From: Eledone cirrhosa
Lineage: Eukaryota
Direction: 5' to 3'
DNA: 64,000 nt
Assembly: GCA_964016885.1 (NCBI GenBank)
Contig: OZ024740.1
Span: forward strand, 267,220,001-267,284,000
A program made the position numbers and the translations under genes. The notes beneath the pieces are model-generated. The model was not told the origin of the DNA. It saw only the letters and a program-made list of their open reading frames with translations, and did no database searches. Shown in pieces: positions 27,250 to 37,659 of this stretch (position 1 is its first letter; every line of letters starts with the position of its first letter).

Positions 27250-27607
27250 AATAAATATGGTTTTAAAAGATAAATGTTGTTTTTTCCATCGATATACTTG
27301 TTAATAGGAAAGATTTTCTGTCCTGCAGTTAAGCTTTTACTGTTTCAATAGCAAATACATGGCAAGAATGGAATCAAAATGAATAATTTTCGTTATCTAG
27401 ATAGTTGTTGCAGAAAATTTAATGTTGATGTATATATACATATATCTGAGAGAGAAAAAGAGGGAGATGGATTTTGAAAACAGCCGATACCATCCCCATA
27501 AACACAAAATTTATCTACAAGGACTATCTAAATGGACAAACCATTCCTTTCTATTCCATCCATTCCATTTGTTATTGAAATGGTAAAAGCATAACTGCAG
27601 GGCAGTT

Positions 27608-27652
<45 letters not shown>

Positions 27653-28068
27653 AATATATATATATATATATATATATTTATTAAAATAACAGATTAAAGT
27701 TTAAGCAAAGAATCGCTGCTTTCACCCTTAACGGGATCTTCTGAAACTAAAAAAGTCAATTTGTGAACGCAGAAGTAAATATTAAAAAAAACGTTGCAAC
27801 CGAAGGAAGACAGTAAGACGATACTTTGGTTTGTGGAAACGTTCCCTGGCAATATTTGCTCTACGGTTCTTATATATCTGATATATATTTATCCTTATCG
27901 AGTAATCTTTGGATTTTAGTCTTCAAATTTATTTTTCCTACCCACCCCCCGCCCCCCTCCTTTCTTTTTCCCAATCTCATATATCCATCTTACTTTATTT
28001 TTCATATGTTGATTTAACACTTCACTGCTCGCAAGTGTTTTTTAAGCTTCATATCATGTCTCCCTATT

Positions 28069-28128
28069 TTATCTGATGAGAACGCAAATATCATCCCATG
28101 ATGATATTTGTTTTTGAAATGCGCATAA
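28069..28128 (+). ncRNA. Variant hammerhead motif with an 11-bp perfect stem II helix
   Basis: ttat CTGATGA gaacg caaatatcatc-ccat-gatgatatttg ttttt GAAA tgcgc ataa, overlapping AATAAA. No canonical NUH triplet. Confidence 0.55.
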
Positions 28129-28389
28129 TAAAATACTTGAAACTCTTTTAACCATCTTTTGATCTTCTATTATATATATATATATATATACATTCATATA
28201 TATATATACATATACATTCATACATATACATACATGATGATGATTGCTGCCCCCTCGTTATCGAGTATAGCCATTGCACAATATAACATTATCAATAATT
28301 ATTAATTAATGTTATTGTGCAATGCCTGTGTGGGAAGATTTTTTTTAAGTGAGGAAAGATTGTGCACTACATACATACACACATCTTAA

Positions 28390-28630
28390 AAGCAGAAGAT
28401 AAATGCAAATACAGTTGATTTCTATAAATCATAGCTTAGAATATCAGGTAAAATACGACTATTAATGGGAAAGGTGGACTATAGCTGCTACAGAGAATTT
28501 TTTTCTTTTTCTGTTAATAGTGGTTTGTCTGTACTGGTGACGTTTTCCATCTATAGGTGTATTTTACCTGATTTTCTGAGCCATTATTTATAACAATCAA
28601 CTGTGTTCACAGTTTTTCCTGCATTCAAGA
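28390..28630. mobile_element. Old foldback MITE
   Basis: Degenerate long arms acagttgatt..tcaggtaaaatac / gtattttacctga..aatcaactgt. Confidence 0.55.
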
Positions 28631-30065
28631 TTTTCTACATTTTCTAAGCATACACACACACACATATATATGATTATATATATATTATATACACACACAT
28701 ATATATATATACATTATATACATACACATACACATATATATATATACACATTATATACATACACACACACATGCACACTAATATATATATATATATATAT
28801 AACACTATTTAAAAAATATAAATGGCGTTACTGTTTACCGCAATTTATGAGGTAAGAGGTAAATGTAGATATCATTCATCAAATTTAGAAAACAAAAACA
28901 ACAACACCATGGTCAATGCCTTCAAACATAAATTTTGTCACAGTAATTTTCTGGAAATATAGCATACTTTGCTATGTGATTCTGACAAAATACTGAAGGA
29001 AATGGCAAATAGTAGATTCCCAATCAATATGTCCACTTGAACATCTTGACCTTTTTACCATTCATGAAACTAAAATGTAGATTTTTGGTTAGTATTTGAT
29101 TCCATGATTAAGTGATTTATTCCACTGCCTTGTTGAACTCTTTGTAACTTGCATACTGCCCGCAGGCAGGCTTTTTCATTGAGATGACTTTTTAAGTAGT
29201 CAATCTTCTATGAATTACATAACTTACTGGTGAAATCACAAATAACTTTGTCTTATGTAAAACATCAATGTAAGAAAATATTTTATTATTTATACCTCCA
29301 AATTTAGAGATCACAGCTCTGATATTATAGGCATGTGGTTATAATATCTCAGAAAAGAATTGCTGGACAGATTTTATGGGCAAAACCAGATGGCAGGACT
29401 TCCCGAGCAAGATGGTTGGATAACATCCATGAGCTGGATCAATTGGTGACAGTTGCCTCTGACAGGACCAGCTGTTTGAGGACTCTGCCCCCATGACCCT
29501 CCCAGAAATAAATTGACGAAGAAGATATTTTAGTGCAAACTTTCAGATTCTTAAGTTTGGGTTTCACCTTGTTCATTCAGTCATGATAACTACAGGCCTC
29601 CTGTGACTTTTGGTTTCATCTTTATTGGTCTAGCACTACTCATTGAATGGTAAGTGATGAAACTTTGGCAAAGTCAAATTTATATCTTTTGAAATTGTCC
29701 CTGATTCTTTGACACAAAACTAGTTATTTTAAAGTGTTTATATGTATCTAAAAATCATAATCCCGCCGAGGTTAACTTTGCCTTTCATCCTTATGGGGTC
29801 GATAAAATAAAGTACCAATAATGCACTGAGATAATTGCTGGCCTTGTGCCAGAAGTAGAAACAATTATAATTTTATGTAAGAACTTTTGTTAAGTTACAA
29901 TCCAGCTTAATAATGAGAAAGATAATCACATTACTAAATCCTTCCAAATTCTTGATTATTTTCAAATTTATTTGAAAATCATAGGAAGTGTCTTTCATAA
30001 GAAATATGGTCCAGTAAGGGTTAAAATCTACTATCACATCATCAATGACAGTTAATGGAAGGTTC

Positions 30066-30251
30066 GTGGATTGGCAGTATCGGTAAGGGTCGGACGCCAT
30101 GCTTTGAAGCATAGAGTTACCTACCTTTATGATCTGAGTTCAAATCCCGCCGAGGTTAACTTTGCCTTTCATCCTTACGGGGTCGATAAAATAAAGTACC
30201 AGTAATGCACTGGAATAATTGCTGGCCTTGTGCCAAAAGTAGAAACAATTA
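30066..30251 (+). mobile_element. SINE family A, short form (partial copy at 29759-29866; further copies 42815-43028, 46773-46964, 50092-50306, 53989-54210, 59123-59424)
   Basis: Near-identical to the reverse complement of 20268-20452. Confidence 0.9.
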
Positions 30252-30309
30252 TGAACCTGTACATAGAGAATTATGTTTACTACCCCTATAAAGTTTTGAA
30301 ATCAGAATT

Positions 30310-30503
30310 ACTATATATACTCAAATATAAGCTGAGGAATATATGACCAAAAATTCGATGGTAGAAGGTGGTTGGCTTATATTCAGGGTCAATATTTTGA
30401 CAATTTTCTACAGCTTAAAATTCTAGGTAAATAAGATTTGGAGTTTTGTTCATTTCTCAGACATAAAATAGTGGGGTCAGCTTATATTAGAGTATACACA
30501 GTT
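30310..30503. mobile_element. pogo/Tc2-like MITE (related fragment at 9964-10046)
   Basis: TIRs tactatatatactcaaatataagctga / tcagcttatattagagtatacacagt. Confidence 0.6.
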
Positions 30504-31084
30504 AGTGATGAGAAAGAGGGGGTACAACCCTATTGATACTGATGATGACAATAATAATAAAGATAATCCTGTGTAGACTTGCACAACTCTAATAATGAGA
30601 TAGTGATGATGAAGAAAACAATATATATATATATATATATACTCTTGATGCCATTTCTCTTGTGAGATAACTGCAGGAGAAATACTCAGCCAAGAGTAAG
30701 CCTCTATAACTAAGATAAATAGATAGCAGTCAGATCTTTATGTGGAGGTATGTGGCTTAATGGTAAGGGTGTTGGACTTTCAATCATAATGTTGTGGGTT
30801 CAATTCCTAGACTGGGTTGTGTTGTGTTCTTGAACAAAACACTTCATTTCACATTGCTCTAGTATACTCAGCTAAAAATGAGTACCAGCTGTAGCTGAGG
30901 GTTTAACCACGATAAGCACCAGCCTGATAAGTCTCCTTGATCAAGACAGACTTTAGACATTTTGATGGAATATAAGCTCAGAATGCAAACAGTTGGAATA
31001 GATAGCACAAGGCATTTATCCGATATTCTAACATTTTGGCCAATTCACCATTATAATAAAATATTTTGAGAAAAACATACATAC

Positions 31085-31202
31085 CGGGTTGGATAAACTC
31101 TGGAGCATATTCTTTAGCTTTCATACGTGCAATATCTGAGTCCTGACCAGCCATTGATGCAGCATGATCAGCTTGCTCTGATTTTGAACGGGCATTAGCC
31201 AT
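31085..31202 (-). CDS. First coding exon of an uncharacterised 422-aa protein (MANARSKSEQ...EYAPEFIQP/G)
   Basis: Minus-strand acceptor tatttattgttttgcag|A precedes an ATG at 31202-31200. The exon is open non-repetitive sequence and ends at donor CCCG|gtatgt (31085, phase 1), matching the phase-1 acceptor at 22510. The ATG could instead be internal if a further coding exon lies upstream. Confidence 0.75.
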
Positions 31203-31595
31203 TCTGCAAAACAATAAATAGATAAATATATATATATAGGAAAACAGTGCTTAATCAGGAAGAGAACAGGAGTATTATATTTATTTTATTTATTTGAACA
31301 TTTGGTATGTATGATAATTATTCTGCTTGTCCCATATTCTTATGATGAACTTGCCTCTTGATGATAAAACTTCAGTTGTCTCAGCATTAGTTATTCCAAT
31401 GTCTTGAAATTCCAGATGCTGATTCTTTCACTTTTTGAAACCATGGTTGGGGCATTATATGGGTTAGAATTGGCTTCCTTTAGTCGATTTGACTTGTACC
31501 CCCCCCCCCCCACCTCCAGTATGATTTGGGCTTAAATGTAATATATATATATATATATATATAGAAGTGGTTACACAACAGTTAGTTCACCATAC

Positions 31596-31633
31596 CGAGA
31601 ACAATTGTTTCACCTTAGCGGATCCTCAGCTCG
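31596..31633 (-). ncRNA. Minimal type I hammerhead motif
   Basis: Minus strand reads cgag CTGAGGA t-cc-gctaa-gg-t GAAA caatt GTT ctcg. Stem I cgag/ctcg, and AACAATTGTT at stem III is a perfect palindrome. Confidence 0.7.
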
Positions 31634-32297
31634 TAATGGACATGGTTATATGGAACAGGAAGGACAACTGTACGAACGTGCATGCGCAGAAACAATCAGT
31701 TCACACAGGCAATACTAAATTGCGTGCGAGAGGTGTAAGGGAGATAACTGCGAAAGTCCGAACGTTTCTAGTTGATAAGAAAATTAGGATGTTGTAATTC
31801 AATCCGGAGCTTTGTAGTTATGTAAGAGGTGAAGAATTCATTTCTCGTGTTTAGGAAATCACTATGTCCCATGGACTGAGTGCTCTACCACTACGGATAT
31901 TACATTCCAGTGTTCTACCACTATATATATATATAAGTATATATATATGTGTGTGTGTATGTGTGTATCCCGGGTTCAATCGGGAGTAACCACAGTAAGT
32001 ACCATACTCAATTCATAGCAGAGTATAAATATTTGATATAAAAAAAAAGCTTCTACAGGACTAGAAATGTTTTATTCGAAGGAAATCATCAGGAAAGTCC
32101 CGTAGAAGCTATTTCTATATATATATATATATATAAGGATTAAAATAAGGATTAAAATACTGGAGAATGTTGGAGTTAAACACCCTCTTCGTATTATAGA
32201 AATGACAGTAAAAGGTATAGCTCAATGCAGTTAAACAGAGCCGAAAAATTAAGAGAGTAAAACAAAGAAGCCTTTAATACATCAAAAGTTTTTATTA

Positions 32298-32335
32298 GCC
32301 GACAATGTTTCGTCCTATTAAGGACTCATCAGGGC
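32298..32335 (-). ncRNA. Canonical-core minimal type I hammerhead ribozyme
   Basis: Minus strand reads gcc CTGATGA gtcc-ttaata-ggac GAAA catt GTC ggc t AATAAA. All core positions match the consensus, with a G-C closing pair and a GUC cleavage triplet. Confidence 0.85.
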
Positions 32336-32501
32336 AATTAAAACAACAAGAAGTAATATCGGCAGATACAAGCCGTTATTCTTATTATATATTTTTATTA
32401 TTTTTATTATATATTTTTGCAAGACTTTAGTGTATGTACACTCCATATTCTTCGGAGCTTCCGGCTTGTATCTGCCGATATTACTTCTTGTTGTTTTAAT
32501 T

Positions 32502-32539
32502 GCCCTGATGAGTCCTTAATAAGACGAAACATTGTCGGC
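32502..32539 (+). ncRNA. Canonical-core minimal type I hammerhead ribozyme (mirror copy)
   Basis: gcc CTGATGA gtc-cttaataa-gac GAAA catt GTC ggc, AATAAA at 32541. Confidence 0.85.
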
Positions 32540-32584
32540 TAATAAAAACTTTTGATGTATTAAAGGCTTCTTTGTTTTACTCTC

Positions 32585-32623
<39 letters not shown>

Positions 32624-32810
32624 TCCTGTATTTTCGTTGCTGTGGTAATGCGGCTGGACTGCCGATCGCTATATTTGATATGCTAAGCTGTCTAAATGTA
32701 TTGTTATTACTCTGGGGTACTATTCCCATTCGAGTGCTAAAGCTACATACCGAATTTGCATTCGTTAGCTTGGCCGCAAACTAAAGCTTCGTTAATGCTG
32801 TACTAAAATT

Positions 32811-32884
<74 letters not shown>

Positions 32885-33005
32885 TTATTATGTGAGTAAC
32901 TTGTAGTTACTAGTGGTGACGCTGGTCGAAGCACTCGATACAGAAACAATTGTAATATAAAATAAAGTTTACAAAAAGCTGCAATTCTTATTGTCACTTT
33001 ATATA

Positions 33006-33534
33006 CTAGTAGAAAAACCACCCTCGGGTGGTTTTCTGCTAACATGTGTAGTGTGTATATTGATATTATACGCACGTATATATACATGTAGATATGATAC
33101 ATCAAATAAAATCGTAATTGACAATATATACAGAAATTGAACGAAGACGTTGTTACACTGTCTTATGCAATCAGTAACGTAATCCATGATACATTAAAAA
33201 AAGACGATACTATATATAAACTGCATTAGGAGAAAATTAGTATGTTTATTTAAGTGATCGCCACCGGAAGTGTTGACATCACACACTCTCTCTCTTTCTA
33301 TATATATGGTAGTTGAAGTGGTGGTGGTGGCAACGATATACTGGAAGTGCAACTTTGAAAAGTAGTCAATTTTAAATTATTTATTTTACGAAATTATTTT
33401 TGTTTATGAAATTTAGTAGATAAATTATGTAATATTCATTCATTATTTATTCAAAGTAATCCAAATTATTTTACTAACGGGATAAAAAAAAAACCGTACG
33501 CAGTCCCGCAGACCTTCCTTTATTATAGTTTAGA
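33006..33534 (-). mobile_element. Non-autonomous Helitron
   Basis: Minus-strand 5' A|TCTAAACTATAATAAAG at 33534, 3' GC hairpin ccaccc-gag-ggtgg then CTAG|T at 33009-33005. No TSD. Confidence 0.65.
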
Positions 33535-34379
33535 TGTATAATATAAGACAATAAAATATTGCTACATTACAACCATTGTGAATAGACAACATTAATACAT
33601 CACCTTTGTTATAATAAATTGTATGACATGGAATCAGTAAATATAGATTAGAAGAAGCATCATAATTTATAAATACAAACTTGATATATAACACATCAAA
33701 AAAATAGGAGGGTAAGTTGAAAAGTTCATAGGCTGACTATGGAGTGATGCTAGAGTTGTGAAACCTTGGATGCATTAATTTCAACTCTTCTTATTAATAA
33801 CTGAATTATTTCTTTCCAGGGACTATGTTGAGAACATTGGTTATTCCATAAGAGTATCTTGGTCAGCCTATGAATTTTTCAGCTGATTCTTGTATTTAGT
33901 AGAAATATGATTGTATCATAAAAATCATGAATATAAACTGGAAATAATATGGAAGCTAGTAAATACAAATAAGATATAAACTATGAGGATTAGTAAGTCC
34001 ACATAAATTAATTATATTGAGAAACGACAGTAAATATAAATATATACAGAATGGATATGGAAAGCAGGCATTCCATATGATGATATCTATCTAATAAAGA
34101 CAAATAGTAGAGAGGAAAAAGATTTTTTCAGTAGAAAATGCTGAAGAGATTCTTTCAGTAAAATATCAACACATTTATCTATAAAGTGGATATTTCCGCA
34201 TTTAATAATTGTACCGGTTTCAGCATTATATGTTTTTTTCAACTGCGGATATGCATAATGTAGTTATGTTGCATATTTATACGAATAATAAAAAGGGGAA
34301 GAAAAATTATTAGTTTTTATATACATATTTAGAGAGGAGAGTTCATACCTCTGTCTGTGTTTGTCCTTCGTTCTCTGAG

Positions 34380-34420
<41 letters not shown>

Positions 34421-34481
34421 CACACACATACATATATATATACAGATACACACTCACATGTGTATATGTATGTATTTATAT

Positions 34482-34777
34482 ATCATTTCATTTTACGTCC
34501 GCTTTTTCCCTGCTTGCAAGGGTGGGACGGGAACTGATTCTGGCTTGATTTCTACAGCTGGATGCCCTTCCTAACACCAACCTCATTTACAGTGAGTGCT
34601 GGGTGCTTTTTTGCCGTGGCACCTCCACGACCACTTTGCAGTGGAATGATCTCATTTCTACAGCTGAGTAAACTGAAGCAATGTGAAATAAAGTGTCTTT
34701 CTCAAGGAAACAACAGATTGAACTCACAACCTTTCGATTGCAAGGCCAATGCTCTAACCACTAAGCCATGTGCCTCC
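34482..34777 (-). mobile_element. SINE family B with two small internal deletions
   Basis: Reverse complement of 13303-13640 lacking the agggactggggttcctatc and catcacccggtctg segments. Confidence 0.9.
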
Positions 34778-34983
34778 ATATATATATTCATTTAAGTTTG
34801 GTGGTTCACCACTGGTTAGAACTGGTCATTCCGTATGGTCAACCATGATGTAATATTAGGAAAAGTACTCAACGTTATGCAACTCATCCATCTTCAATAT
34901 TGAATCTTGAGGGTGGTGCAAGAACGTAGTTAATTGTTATTGAGTAAAATGACACAGTCCAGCCTCCTGTCATTTTACTCAAT

Positions 34984-35050
<67 letters not shown>

Positions 35051-35074
35051 GTGTGTGTATTTGATGGTCATTTT

Positions 35075-35830
35075 TCCTGCTAAAGCCCTTGTGGGCTCTA
35101 TGATAAGTTTCTCCATTTTTCTCTATCATCAGCATCTCCCCATACCTTATTTTTAAGGTATGGGGAGATGCAATCTTTCTTGCTCCTCCAATTCTCTACT
35201 TTGTTCCACATTAATTTCTTTTCTCCCAGTCACTTTTATCCTTCTTCAATACATGACCAAACAATCTTATTCCTGATGCAACCTCATCACCGTTCCTATA
35301 CTTTGTCCTTAAAATTTAACACTTTTTCTCATACCTAGTTATCACTAATCTAACCAACCATCCCTCTATTTTTAATTCTCTCAATGTTTATGTTGTCAAT
35401 ACTTCACGTGTAACTTTATTGAAAGCCTTCTCCAGATTAACAAACTTAAAAAACAAATTCTTTCTTTTGCACATTTCCTGTCTAACAACCTCACAATAAA
35501 AAATGCATTAGTCGTTCCTTTTCCTGGCACAAATCCGAACATTTCCTCAATCTTCACTTTCTGCTTATTCTCTTCTCTAATACTCCTTCCAATACCTTCA
35601 TTCTATGTTCCAATAGTTTAATTGTTCTATATGAGTCACTCAGTAGAGGATCATTTTCTTCCTTCGACTGAGGGATGAGTGCACTCAACTCCCAATTCAC
35701 TGGAGTAAAATCTTCTTTCACCACCAACCTGCAGATCTCTGTCATCCCCTTCAGACCCCAACTTCCTGTTGCTTTTAACATTTCTACCACAACTCCTATC
35801 TGGACCTTGGAACCTTGGGTAGCACTTTTG
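35075..35830 (-). mobile_element. Decayed RTE-clade LINE fragments
   Basis: Peptides DSYRTIKLLEHRMKVLEGVLEKRI, FGFVPGKGTT, FVNLEKAF and RLFGHVLK. Confidence 0.7.
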
Positions 35831-35921
35831 TTCCGTGTATAAATAAACAATATAATATATTATTGAATAAAATGACAAGAGGCTGGACTGGTGAAATTCC
35901 TTCAAAGTTTTATTGTTGCAA

Positions 35922-35979
35922 ACACTATATATATTTCAGTGGCCAGGTTACATAGAACTCCGGCAACATCATCAGGTGT
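35922..35979 (-). ncRNA. Type I hammerhead motif
   Basis: Minus strand reads acac CTGATGA tgttgccggagttctatgtaacctggccact GAAA tatat ATA gtgt, then AATAAA. Stem I acac/gtgt. Confidence 0.65.
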
Positions 35980-36252
35980 ATATTGCATAATAGTTACACA
36001 ATAAGGAATAATGGTAAATACAAAACTATCCCCCAAAACACCCAGCTCACACTGTAAAGTGGATGATGATGATGAATCTGAGGGGTTACAAGGAGAGAAA
36101 GCAATTCAAGGAAATCCAAGGAAAAAAAATTACTGGTATCCCCCAGTATATGGTGAGGCTGATAATGTTGTTAGAATCCAGCCTTGAAGAGAGAGTTGCA
36201 ACAAGATTATGCTGTGAAAGATGTAGTTTTTGTAGTAGGGTCTACTATACAT

Positions 36253-36294
<42 letters not shown>

Positions 36295-36377
36295 GAAAGA
36301 GTGTGTGGTAAGATACCAGGTGGACCATAATGCCCCAGAGTACTCGATACTTGGGGTAGTAGAGTGGGTAATACGAA

Positions 36378-36479
36378 AAGATTCAGGACCGTGACGGCTG
36401 AGCTCCGGCCATTTTGACAGCTAGATCCAGATCTAGCTGTCGAAACAGCTGGAGTTCAGCCCTCGGGGTCCTGAATCTT
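36378..36479. other. 102-nt imperfect GC-rich hairpin
   Basis: aagattcaggacc/ggtcctgaatctt, ggctgagctccggc/gctggagttcagcc and ttttgacagctagatc-ca-gatctagctgtcgaaa nest into one stem. Confidence 0.85.
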
Positions 36480-36722
36480 AATAATAATAAGGGTTGACAG
36501 ACCCAGCATATTTATCAATGCCAGTACCGGTTGTATCTCAACGCACTCAATGGGCAATGTAAGATACATTACCAGAGTATACACATAGTTATTTGCCTCA
36601 ACACGACACACGTAAAACGGGTGCCTATAAGGTTCCCGGACTCGAGTTTCTGCCACACTAATGCAGCAGTAAGGTGCACTGCACCATCTGTCTGCATATA
36701 TTATGCAACAGTGCACAATCGG

Positions 36723-36774
<52 letters not shown>

Positions 36775-36826
36775 TAAAATGACAGGAGGCTGGACTGGTG
36801 AAATTCCTTCAAAGATTTATTATAGC

Positions 36827-36888
36827 AAACACTATGTATATTTCAATGACCAAGTTCTGTAGGATCCTGGTGACATCGTCAGGTGTTT
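36827..36888 (-). ncRNA. Type I hammerhead motif, same family as 35922-35979
   Basis: Minus strand reads aaacac CTGACGA tgtcaccaggatcctacagaacttggtcatt GAAA tatac ATA gtgttt, then AATAAA. Stem I is 6 bp. Confidence 0.7.
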
Positions 36889-37659
36889 ATTGCATAAAAG
36901 TTATATAATAAAGGAATATTGGTAAATACAATCCAAGAGTCTAAAAAGCAGAGAGAAATATTTAAGACTCAAAGGAGGGTCAGAGCCAGCTGTTGCCAGT
37001 CTGGTTGACCGTCTTCAAGTGAAGAATCTCATTAATTTTGTCTAGTTAGTTTGGTCAGGGGGCTGTATGCTTAGTATGTTTACTATTACAATCCTGCCAG
37101 TATACATAGTATGCTTACTACTACCATAATATATATTTATATTATATATATATATATATATAATATATATGAAAGAGGATATTACACAAGGAAAAAAAAG
37201 TAAATCTAAAGCTTTAAAAAATAAATGGTATAGAAAATCCATGGATAGAATAGAATTTAAATTCAGTTAATCATGGTTCTAGGATGCACCACAGTCATCT
37301 TAGAAAATCTTTTGAAAAACAAACAAATTACAATAACAACAACAACAAAAACTGAACCAAAAATTATTAAAAATGACGAATTTATTGAGAATAATGATAT
37401 GTTAATACAATAGAAATATTGTTCCATCCTGATTTTCTAGTGATCAATAATACGCTTCTTGTACTGATTACCTTTTTGGTTGGGTAGTCAAATATGATTA
37501 CCTCCTACTCCCCTTCCACTCCTCTACCTTCTTCTCCCCACCTCCTACTCCACTTCTTCAGTAGAATGTACTCACCCCCACCACCAATACCAGGCTCACC
37601 ACCAGTATTGTTAACACAACTCCACCATCATTACTTTTCCCACATTTACCAATCATCCC

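Larger units (their letters stand above)
32248..32589. repeat. 128-bp inverted repeat (86-bp spacer), each arm with a hammerhead
   Basis: 32248-32375 is the reverse complement of 32462-32589 with one mismatch seen, in stem II. Confidence 0.95.

Noticed and set aside
27714-27747. Possible minus-strand hammerhead (cagaaga tccc gttaa ggg t gaaa gcagc)
   Set aside because: The core U is lost, and there is no NUH triplet or stem I. At best a remnant.
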